Source: Candidatus Methylomirabilis limnetica
Lineage (GTDB): Bacteria > Methylomirabilota > Methylomirabilia > Methylomirabilales > Methylomirabilaceae
DNA length: 32,000 bases
Direction: 5' to 3'
Assembly (NCBI RefSeq): GCF_003044035.1
Contig: NZ_NVQC01000015.1
Span: 123,529-155,528, forward strand
Shown here: one piece after another, positions 24,488 through 31,375 of the stretch
How the letters are laid out: every line of letters begins with the position of its first letter
Position numbering within the stretch: position 1 is the first letter of the stretch
Notes under the pieces: generated by a model
Database searches by the model: none
Told to the model about the DNA's origin: nothing
Seen by the model: only the letters and a program-made list of their open reading frames with translations
Program-made: the position numbers and the translations under genes

Positions 24488-24658
24488 ATGAACCGGAGTA
24501 TCGTCTTCTGTTCTGGCCAGTCATTCCGTGCTTGACACGCCTGCCCCGTACTGGATACGGGGCCTGCCCCGTACTTGATACGGGGAATCCAGTCGGGCCC
24601 TTCTGGATACCGGCTTCCGCCGGTATGACGAACTTGCGACAAGTCGCGGGGAACGAAC
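24488..24658 (+). repeat. Composite multi-hairpin element, copy C (5' hairpin missing, inner module duplicated)
   Basis: Starts ATGAAC, then runs directly into TATCGTCTTCTG. Contains CCTGCCCCGTACTGGATACGGGG followed by CCTGCCCCGTACTTGATACGGGG. The 3' hairpin is GCGAC-AA-GTCGC. Confidence 0.85.
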
Positions 24659-24693
24659 CCACAGTAGATTTACTTGAGCCGTTGGTGATGAGC

Positions 24694-24718
24694 GGTTCGA
24701 CAGGCTCAGGGCGAACGG
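24694..24718 (+). repeat. Solo copy of the GGTTCGACAGGCTCAGGGCGAACGG motif
   Basis: Same family as the units at 22994-23212. Confidence 0.7.
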
Positions 24719-24748
24719 TTGGGAGGGCCTAGGTGAACAGCATTGTCC

Positions 24749-25108
24749 TTAGGCCGCCACCTGCTCCCGCGCGACCTCCGCCAATTTGTTGAATGTCGAT
24801 GGATCATGGATGGCGAGATCGGCCAAGGCCTTCCTATCGACAGCCACGCCGGCCTTTTTGAGACCACCCATCAGAACGCTGTACGACAGGCCACTCAGGC
24901 GCGCCGCCGCATTGATCCGTATGATCCACAGGCCGCGGAAGTCCCGCTTGCGAGCCTTGCGGTCGCGATAGGCGTACCGCCTCGCCCGATCGACCGCCTC
25001 CTGCGCGCTCCTGTAGGCCTTACTCCGCTTTCCCCAGAATCCCTCCGCTTCCTTGAGGACCCTGTTCCTACGTTGTCTTGTCTTAAAACCACCTTTTGCG
25101 CGTGGCAT
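24749..25108 (-). CDS. rplT: 50S ribosomal protein L20
   Basis: 119 aa. [35 protein letters not shown]... is an unmistakable L20 N-terminus. Confidence 0.97.
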   Translation of the reverse strand: MPRAKGGFKTRQRRNRVLKEAEGFWGKRSKAYRSAQEAVDRARRYAYRDRKARKRDFRGLWIIRINAAARLSGLSYSVLMGGLKKAGVAVDRKALADLAIHDPSTFNKLAEVAREQVAA

Positions 25109-25151
25109 CCTATTCTCCCAACCTCCTCGATTAGCCCTGGCCCCCCGCCAT

Positions 25152-25355
25152 TTACTTCCCCTGATAGGGGATCAGGCGCCGCATTCTGGCAGTATCCGCC
25201 TTAGATACCAGATCTGACTGCCGCAGAGTTCGTTTCCGCTTTCTCGATTTACCGGTCAGTAAGTGGCTCTTCGCCGCTTTGTGGCGTGCAATTTTGTTCG
25301 TTCCCGTTACCTTGAACCGTTTGGCCGCTCCTTTGAGGGTCTTGATCTTCGGCAC
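25152..25355 (-). CDS. rpmI: 50S ribosomal protein L35
   Basis: 67 aa, [22 protein letters not shown]... GTG start with GAGGAG 6 nt upstream. Confidence 0.95.
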   Translation of the reverse strand: MPKIKTLKGAAKRFKVTGTNKIARHKAAKSHLLTGKSRKRKRTLRQSDLVSKADTARMRRLIPYQGK

Positions 25356-25370
25356 CGTCGCTCCTCTCTA

Positions 25371-25898
25371 TCAATGCTTGGGGGTGAGGATCATCACCAT
25401 GTTCCGACCCTCCTGCCTGGGGCGTTGCTCGATCATGGCGGCCTCTTTGAGCGCCTCTGCGAAGCGGTCCAAGAGCACCTTCCCGCGATCGATATGAACC
25501 ATTTCCCGTCCTCGGAACATCATGGTTATCTTGGCCTTATTCCCCTCCTTCAAGAAGCGCTCGGCGTGCTTGGCCTTAAACTGAAAATCGTGATCCTCGG
25601 TCTTGGGCCGGAGCTTGATCTCTTTGATCTGGACGACCGTCTGCTTCTTTCTTGCCTCCCGTACCTTCTTACTCTGCTCGTACCGATACTTCCCGTAGTT
25701 CATGATCCGGCAGACAGGCGGCTTAGCGTCCGGCGCCACTTCCACCAAGTCGAGCGAAAGTTTCAGGGCAGCATCGAGGGCTTCCTGAATCGGCAGGATG
25801 CCAAGTTGCGCCCCCTCTGCACTGATCACCCTCACCTCTTTGACCCGAATCCGATCATTCACCCGAACACTTCTACTGATGGACGTTCCCTCCTTCAT
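25371..25898 (-). CDS. infC: Translation initiation factor IF-3
   Basis: VNDRIRVKEVRVISAEGAQLGI...PPVCRIMNYGKYRYEQ is a typical IF-3 sequence. The true start may be the ATC at 25880 (see findings). Confidence 0.93.
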   Translation of the reverse strand: MKEGTSISRSVRVNDRIRVKEVRVISAEGAQLGILPIQEALDAALKLSLDLVEVAPDAKPPVCRIMNYGKYRYEQSKKVREARKKQTVVQIKEIKLRPKTEDHDFQFKAKHAERFLKEGNKAKITMMFRGREMVHIDRGKVLLDRFAEALKEAAMIEQRPRQEGRNMVMILTPKH

Positions 25899-27915
25899 GT
25901 TGAGCCAGCCCGGTAGTCTTCACGGCTGGCTTGAGTTCCTCTTGGATCGCGGCTACGAATCCTTCGATCGGCATGACGCCCATATCCAGTCCACCGCGCT
26001 TCCGCACCGAGACGGTGCCTAGTGTACTCTCTTTTTCTCCTACTACAAGGATATAGGGGATCTTCTGCACTTCGGCATCTCGAATCTTATAGCCAACCTT
26101 CTCATTCCGCACGTCTACTTCCGTGCGCACCCCTGTAGCTCTTAGCTGGTCGGATACCTGCTTGGCATACGGCTGGAAGCGATCTGCCACCGGTACCAGC
26201 CGGGCCTGCACTGGCGCAAGCCATGTTGGGAAGGCGCCTGCATGGTGCTCGATCAACACCCCAAAGAATCGCTCCAGCGATCCGAGAACCGCACGATGGA
26301 CCATGAAGGGTCGATGCGGTCGGTTATCCTCCCCGACATAGGTGATGTCGAAACGTTCGGGTAAATTAAAGTCGAACTGAACTGTCGTACACTGCCACGA
26401 GCGGCCCAGCGCATCTTTTACCTTGAGATCGATCTTCGGCCCATAGAAGGCGCCGCCCCCTTCGTCGATCTGATACGAGAGCCCCGCCTGATCGGCTGCC
26501 TGGCGCAGCGCCTCGGTTGCGTCATTCCAGAGCTTCAGGTCCCCAATCGCCTTCTCCGGCCGGGTGGCAATGTAGGCGTCATACCGATCAAAGCCAAAGG
26601 CACCGAGGAACGCGACACTGAAATTGACGGCGCGAGCCACCTCATCCACCATCTGCGCCGGCGTGCAGAAGATGTGCGCGTCGTCTTGTGTAAACCCCCG
26701 AACGCGCAGGAGCCCATGCAACACGCCAACGCGCTCGAAGCGATAGACCGTTCCCAACTCAGCGAACCGCACCGGCAGCTCTCGGTAGCTCCTGACCTTG
26801 GACTGAAAGATCTTGATATGGAAGGGGCAGTTCATCGGCTTGACGTAATAGTCGTTCCCTTCCATCTCCATTTTCGGATACATGTACTCCTGGTAGAAGT
26901 CAAGATGGCCGCTGGTCTCCCACAGCTTCACCCGGCCGATGTGCGGCGTATAGACGAGATCGTAGTCGTTGTTGAGATGCTCCTGACGCCACAGATCCTC
27001 AATCAGCTTTCGGACTAACGCCCCCTTAGGATGCCATAAGATCAGTCCGCCGCCAACCTCATCATCCACGCTGAAGAGGTCCAGTTCGCGGCCCAGGCGT
27101 CGATGGTCCCGCCGTTTCGCCTCCTCCAGGAGAAGCAGGTGTGCCTCAAGCGCATCCTGGGTCGGAAAGGCGATCCCATAGATTCTGGTTAACATCGGTC
27201 GCCGCTCATCACCACGCCAGTAGGCGCCTGCCAAATGGGTCAGTCGGAAGAAGCGGATCACCGACGTATCGAGCACGTGTGGGCCACGGCAGAGATCGAC
27301 AAAACCGCCGGTGGTGTAGAAGCTGACCTGCTCTGCGGCGGGGTCTAACTCGTGCGCCAGTTCATCCTGCTCGGCGGCTTTCGCGCACGCCATCGCCCGG
27401 CCTTGGATGGTCTCCAGGAGCTCCACCTTGTACGGCTGGTTCAGTGCCGTCACCTTCGCAATCGCCTCTTCCAGTGGAACCTCAAGCCTGGCGAACGGGA
27501 GCCGTTGCCCCGACAGCTCGCGCATCTTGGCCTCAATGACCGGCAAATCGTCCGGGGTGAGCGGACGAGTGGGCTCGATGTCATAGTAGAAGCCATCCTG
27601 AATCGCCGGACCGATGGCAAATTGTGAGCCGGGCAGAAGTTGCTGTACAGCGGCTGCCATCAGGTGGGCGGCGCTGTGCCGGAGCATCGAGAGCCCTTCT
27701 GCAGAGGTGGCGGTGATAAACTTCACCCGGGCCTCTTGATCGATGAGACTACCCAGATCGACAAGACGCCCATTGACGTTCGCCCCGATCGTCTCCTTCT
27801 TGGCCGCCGGATCCACGACCTCCAGCACATCCAGCACGGTCACGCTGGGCGGGAAATCATATCGCCGTCCGTCGTCCAGGGTGACAACGATCGATTGTGT
27901 CTGGATCTCACTCAC
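25873..27915 (-). CDS. thrS: Threonine--tRNA ligase
   Basis: 680 aa. N-terminal TGS domain, editing domain, class II core (HRAVLGSLERF) and anticodon-binding domain. GTG start. Confidence 0.95.
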   Translation of the reverse strand: MSEIQTQSIVVTLDDGRRYDFPPSVTVLDVLEVVDPAAKKETIGANVNGRLVDLGSLIDQEARVKFITATSAEGLSMLRHSAAHLMAAAVQQLLPGSQFAIGPAIQDGFYYDIEPTRPLTPDDLPVIEAKMRELSGQRLPFARLEVPLEEAIAKVTALNQPYKVELLETIQGRAMACAKAAEQDELAHELDPAAEQVSFYTTGGFVDLCRGPHVLDTSVIRFFRLTHLAGAYWRGDERRPMLTRIYGIAFPTQDALEAHLLLLEEAKRRDHRRLGRELDLFSVDDEVGGGLILWHPKGALVRKLIEDLWRQEHLNNDYDLVYTPHIGRVKLWETSGHLDFYQEYMYPKMEMEGNDYYVKPMNCPFHIKIFQSKVRSYRELPVRFAELGTVYRFERVGVLHGLLRVRGFTQDDAHIFCTPAQMVDEVARAVNFSVAFLGAFGFDRYDAYIATRPEKAIGDLKLWNDATEALRQAADQAGLSYQIDEGGGAFYGPKIDLKVKDALGRSWQCTTVQFDFNLPERFDITYVGEDNRPHRPFMVHRAVLGSLERFFGVLIEHHAGAFPTWLAPVQARLVPVADRFQPYAKQVSDQLRATGVRTEVDVRNEKVGYKIRDAEVQKIPYILVVGEKESTLGTVSVRKRGGLDMGVMPIEGFVAAIQEELKPAVKTTGLAQHEGGNVHQ

Positions 27916-27936
27916 TCTGTGTGTCCGTTCTCAATA

Positions 27937-27974
27937 CAGAGAAGGGCATCATGCCGTTGTGATGCCCTTCTCTG
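27937..27974 (-). promoter_or_regulatory. Perfect 15-bp stem / 8-nt loop hairpin in the thrS leader, downstream of tRNA-Val
   Basis: CAGAGAAGGGCATCA-tgccgttg-TGATGCCCTTCTCTG. No clear U-tract follows it on the minus-strand transcript. Confidence 0.6.
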
Positions 27975-27982
27975 ACCAGATG

Positions 27983-28011
27983 ATTCTACCCGCGGCAACA
28001 TCGGGTGTCAT
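27983..28011 (-). promoter_or_regulatory. Sigma70-type promoter candidate for thrS
   Basis: The minus strand reads ATGACA-N17-TAGAAT. This would place the transcription start right at the base of the 27937-27974 hairpin. Confidence 0.45.
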
Positions 28012-28017
28012 GCACAA

Positions 28018-28092
28018 TGGTAGGCACGGGCGGTCTTGAACCGCCGACCTCTTGCGTGTCAAGCAAGCGCTCTCCCCCTGAGCTACGTGCCT
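28018..28092 (-). tRNA. tRNA-Val(GAC): tRNA-Val (anticodon GAC), CCA encoded
   Basis: Hand-folded cloverleaf. Acceptor AGGCACG/CGTGCCT, D arm GCTC-AGGGGGA-GAGC, anticodon arm CTTGC-TTGACAC-GCAAG, T arm GGCGG-TTCAAGA-CCGCC, discriminator A, then CCA. 75 nt in total. Confidence 0.93.
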
Positions 28093-28171
28093 AAATCTTC
28101 TCCCAGCTTCACAATTACAGGAGCATATCTTCAATCACTTAGGCCCATTCTGTCAAGGGAAAAGGCAAGAC

Positions 28172-28311
28172 CCGAGAACAGCGATGGACTTCGCAACCCC
28201 TCGACTCCTTGCGTCATTGCGAGCACCCGCAGGGTGCGCGGCAATCTCAGTACAACAATGCGAGATTGCTTCACTTCGTTCGCAATGACAACTTCCTATC
28301 TCTGTTCTTGG
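28172..28311 (+). mobile_element. 140-bp MITE-like element, copy 1
   Basis: TIRs CCGAGAACAGCGAT / ATCTCTGTTCTTGG. The interior nested palindromes GTCATTGCGAG...TTCGCAATGAC and GCAATCTC...GAGATTGC are near-identical to those of the copy at 31036-31175. Confidence 0.8.
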
Positions 28312-28352
28312 GGTAAGATGTGGGGCAGGGTTGGGTAGTGGACAACCACCGA

Positions 28353-28784
28353 TCATTGATCGGGCTGCCGAACGCGCCCGGCGATGGCTGGGGGCAGCCG
28401 CAGGAAGTCCTTGGTGTTCCAAGTGTAGAGAGTTTTAGCTTGGGCTTTGAGCGCGCAATAGCCGAGCAGGGCATCATAGATCGCGCCGCTGGCGAGATTC
28501 AGCGACGCAGCCTCCTCGACCAACTGGAAGTACTCGCACTCATCAAGGGAGACGAGCGTCAAGTGCTCGCGGACGTCGCTGAGGAAAAGAAGCGCGGTGT
28601 CGCCTCCCACCCGCCGCCTCCCAGGCATTCCGGTGAGGGTCGCGTAAACCTCAGCAAGACTGTGCGCCGCGCAGCAGGCGTCCTTTTTGCCGAAGCGCAA
28701 GAAGAGGTCGATGCTTGGAGCGTGGTGCTCATGATCGCCGTAAAACGTGGCAACCAGCACGGAAGTATCGAGAAAGACCTTCAC
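28353..28784 (-). CDS. vapC: PIN-domain toxin VapC
   Basis: 143 aa. MKVFLDTSVL..., SLAEVY, AIYDALL and WNTKDF supply the PIN acidic residues. GTG start with a GTGA overlap onto the antitoxin stop. Confidence 0.85.
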   Translation of the reverse strand: MKVFLDTSVLVATFYGDHEHHAPSIDLFLRFGKKDACCAAHSLAEVYATLTGMPGRRRVGGDTALLFLSDVREHLTLVSLDECEYFQLVEEAASLNLASGAIYDALLGYCALKAQAKTLYTWNTKDFLRLPPAIAGRVRQPDQ

Positions 28785-29056
28785 CTGAACTTACCGGCGT
28801 CGCGGTGGGCGCGCTGTTCCCGGATGCTGCGAAGGGTTTCACGCGTTTCCGCAGCGATGAGGGGCTCGCCGATGCGGAACACCCAGACACCGCGTTCTTT
28901 CTGCAAGGGTGGGGCTGTCCGCCGGGGGCACAGCGTTACCCGCTCGCCCTCCACCGTAAGGTCCAGAGTGTCTCCGGAAGCAAGGTGAAGTTCATCACGA
29001 AGTGTCTTGGGCAGGACGACGCGGCCCGCCTTGTCGATGGTGACCGTCGCTTTCAT
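28781..29056 (-). CDS. vapB: AbrB/MazE/SpoVT-type antitoxin VapB
   Basis: I use the internal ATG at 29056. MKATVTIDKAGRVVLPKTLRDELHLASGDTLDLTVEGERVTL is a typical SpoVT/AbrB swapped-hairpin fold. The longer track ORF runs into a repeat. Confidence 0.8.
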   Translation of the reverse strand: MKATVTIDKAGRVVLPKTLRDELHLASGDTLDLTVEGERVTLCPRRTAPPLQKERGVWVFRIGEPLIAAETRETLRSIREQRAHRDAGKFR

Positions 29057-29094
29057 GCTACCAATGTATAATGGTTTAACCCATTTGGCAAATA

Positions 29095-29150
29095 GCATTC
29101 CACAAATCCTCCCCCAACCCTCCTTTTCGAAAAAGGGGGGGGGACGGGAG
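29095..29150. repeat. C-run/G-run hairpin (CCTCCTTTTCGAAAAAGGGGGGG)
   Basis: Same type as the hairpins at 4061-4147. Confidence 0.7.
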
Positions 29151-29198
29151 ATTTCAGGACGGAGCGGGACACTTTCTAAACGATAATAGCAACAGATC

Positions 29199-29379
29199 AT
29201 GAACTACCCCGCAGCAAGCCGCGGGGTATCGTCTTCTGTTCTGGCCCGTCATTCCGTGCTTGACAAGCCTGCCCCGTACTTGATACGGGGGAATCCAGTC
29301 GGGCCCTCTGGATACCGGCTTCCGCCGGCATGACGAACTCGCGGCAAGCCGCGGGGTATCGCCCCTCAACGAAATGAAC
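29199..29379 (+). repeat. Composite multi-hairpin intergenic element, copy D (full form)
   Basis: Bounded by ATGAAC (29199-29204) and ATGAAC (29374-29379). All modules are present. Confidence 0.85.
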
Positions 29380-29495
29380 AGGGATATCCACTTGTGACAT
29401 AAGACAGATACAGCGTGAATGGTTTTCGATGCAGGGGTGGTAAGGGGAAATTGGGGGGGAATGACTATTGCCAAATAACCCTGCACGCCGGACCG

Positions 29496-30878
29496 CTACG
29501 AAAGCTTGATCCCGTACTTCTTCATGAGGCGATGAACCGTTTTCCGGTCCACGCACGCAGCCTTCGCGGCCTGCGAGATATTACCGTCATGCCGCTTGAG
29601 GAGCTGGATCAGATAGTCCCGCTCAAACGAACCGGCCCACACCTCTTTTGCCTGCTTGAGCGGCAGTTCGTTTGGCGAGAGCGTCGAGACGACTTCGGCC
29701 TTTACTCGGATGTGCTCCGGCAACTCCTGTGGCCGGACCAGCTCATGTTCGGCCAGGACTACCGCTCGCTCCATCACATTCTGCAGCTCACGGACGTTTC
29801 CAGGCCAGCGATGCGCCTCTAAGAGCCGCATAGCCTCTGACGTGATGCCCGTGACCTCCTTCCCGCTGCCGGCTGCGTACTTTGTGAGGTAGTGATGCGC
29901 GATCAATTGGATATCTCCCGTGCGATCTCGCAGGGGCGGCAGTGGAAGCGAGATCACGTTCAGGCGATAGTAGAGGTCTTCCCGAAAGCTACCAGTAGCA
30001 ACGGCCTGGGCCAGGTCGTGGTTCGTAGCGGAGATGACGCGTACGTCCACCTCGATGATCCGGTTTGACCCGACCCGTCGTACCTGGCGTTCCTGCAGGA
30101 CCCTCAGCAGCTTGGCCTGCAAATTCAGACTGATGTCGCCTACCTCGTCCAGAATGATGGTCCCACCGCTTGCGAATTCAAACAACCCGGGACGGGTCGC
30201 TTGCGCCCCCGTGAACGCGCCCTTCTCGTGCCCGAACAGCTCACTCTCCAGCAGGTTCTCGGGAAGCGAGACGCAATCAACGGGGATGAAAGGGCCTGCC
30301 GCCCGGCGGCTATTGGCATGGAGGCTCCTGGCGATCAGTTCCTTGCCGGTTCCTGTCTCACCGATGATCAGGATATTGGCCTCGCTCTTCGCGACCTTCT
30401 TGATGGTCTCAAAGACCTGAAGCATCGACAGACTCCTGCCGATGATGTTGTCAAAGCGATGGGTCTCGGTGAGCCGCTCCAGGAGCCGTCGGTTCTCTTC
30501 CCGCAAACGACGCTGGCCCATCGCCCGCTCGACACACACCTTAAGTTGATCAGCCGAGAACGGCTTGGGTAGATAATCGAACGCCCCCTCTTTGATCGCC
30601 TCTACGGCGGTCTCGATCGTGGCAAAGGCGGTGATCAGGATCACCGTGGCCTCGGCATCGATGGCCTGGACCGCCTGGAGGACGCCCGGGCCGTCAAGGC
30701 CCGGCATCCGAAGGTCGGTGAGGACCAGGTCGGGCCTCTCCCGCTCGTACAGCGTGGCTGCCTTACTGCCATCGGCCTCAGTCACCACCTCGTAGCCAAA
30801 GCGGGTGAGAAGCTTGACGCAGTTCTCGATCATGTCCACTTCGTCAACGATCACGAGCACTCGACCTAGCTTCGGCAT
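29496..30878 (-). CDS. Sigma54-dependent response regulator (NtrC family: REC + AAA+ + Fis-type HTH)
   Basis: 460 aa. REC domain with DLVLTDLRMPGLDG, Walker A GETGTGKE, the sigma54-contact loop GAFTGA, and a C-terminal HTH (NISQAAKAACVDRKTVHRLMKKY). Confidence 0.93.
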   Translation of the reverse strand: MPKLGRVLVIVDEVDMIENCVKLLTRFGYEVVTEADGSKAATLYERERPDLVLTDLRMPGLDGPGVLQAVQAIDAEATVILITAFATIETAVEAIKEGAFDYLPKPFSADQLKVCVERAMGQRRLREENRRLLERLTETHRFDNIIGRSLSMLQVFETIKKVAKSEANILIIGETGTGKELIARSLHANSRRAAGPFIPVDCVSLPENLLESELFGHEKGAFTGAQATRPGLFEFASGGTIILDEVGDISLNLQAKLLRVLQERQVRRVGSNRIIEVDVRVISATNHDLAQAVATGSFREDLYYRLNVISLPLPPLRDRTGDIQLIAHHYLTKYAAGSGKEVTGITSEAMRLLEAHRWPGNVRELQNVMERAVVLAEHELVRPQELPEHIRVKAEVVSTLSPNELPLKQAKEVWAGSFERDYLIQLLKRHDGNISQAAKAACVDRKTVHRLMKKYGIKLS

Positions 30879-30991
30879 CCTGTCCTTTCCCTCATCCGCA
30901 GACGTCCTCCGCAGGTACTCTCATGATAAAGGTGGTCCCATTCACTGCCTCGCTCTTGACATCCACTTAGACCAGGCGGAGAACAGCTAGC

Positions 30992-31021
30992 ATTCTAATC
31001 TCTTCTCAGGAGGCTGGTCAA
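30992..31021 (-). promoter_or_regulatory. Sigma70-type promoter candidate for the NtrC-family gene
   Basis: The minus strand reads TTGACC-N18-TAGAAT, about 115 nt upstream of the ATG at 30878. Confidence 0.45.
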
Positions 31022-31035
31022 CCTCCATACTGCCC

Positions 31036-31175
31036 CCAAGAACAGCGATAGACTTCGCAACCACTCGCTTCCTCCCGTCATTGCGAGTACCCGTAGGGTG
31101 CGTGGCAATCTCAATGCAACAATGCGAGATTGCTTCACTTCGTTCGCAATGACAACTTTCAATCGCTGTTCTTGG
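31036..31175 (+). mobile_element. 140-bp MITE-like element, copy 2 (perfect 14-bp TIRs)
   Basis: CCAAGAACAGCGAT ... ATCGCTGTTCTTGG. Same orientation and length as copy 1. Confidence 0.85.
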
Positions 31176-31295
31176 GCTACCATCCCTCGTGAGCGAATTA
31201 GTTCCATCCCTTCTGGCTGCTCGAAGAAATGGGACTCTTGCGCACTATGTGAGGCAGAACGCCCCCAGCCTGCTTCAGCCACCCCTACAGAAAAG

Positions 31296-31311
31296 TGGAA
31301 CGAGAGTTGCT
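31296..31311 (+). promoter_or_regulatory. Sigma54-type promoter candidate of the Fer2-PAS gene
   Basis: TGGAAC-GAGAG-TTGCT has one mismatch to TGGCAC-N5-TTGCW. It lies about 65 nt upstream of the ATG at 31376. Confidence 0.55.
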
Positions 31312-31375
31312 AGCTTGCTACATGTGCCCGGTGACAGGCACGAGGGGCAGGCGCACATAGAGGGGACACGGCAGG

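Noticed and set aside
24448-24748. pheST-type leader peptide attenuator between rplT and pheS
   Set aside because: No Phe-rich mini-ORF is present; there is only a 4-codon MLFT. The gap is occupied by repeat copy C and a CGAACGG-type unit.
27937-27974. thrS leader hairpin as an E. coli-type ThrRS operator (tRNA-Thr anticodon-arm mimic) or a T-box
   Set aside because: The 8-nt loop (CAACGGCA on the mRNA) does not resemble a Thr anticodon loop. No T-box specifier or antiterminator features are present, and the leader is far too short.
29199-29379. The two homologous 30-nt terminal hairpins of the composite element as a minimal CRISPR array
   Set aside because: There are only two repeats per locus. 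The 105-150 nt between them is itself conserved among all four loci, so it is not a spacer. No cas genes are present in the window.
30934-31235. AATGGGAC 8-mer present on opposite strands on either side of the MITE (about 30937 and 31228) as a regulator site
   Set aside because: It was found post hoc. A single 8-mer is expected about once per 32 kb on both strands, and GGGAC-containing strings also occur inside repeats. I note it only as weak support for the TGGGAC-type dyad hypothesis.
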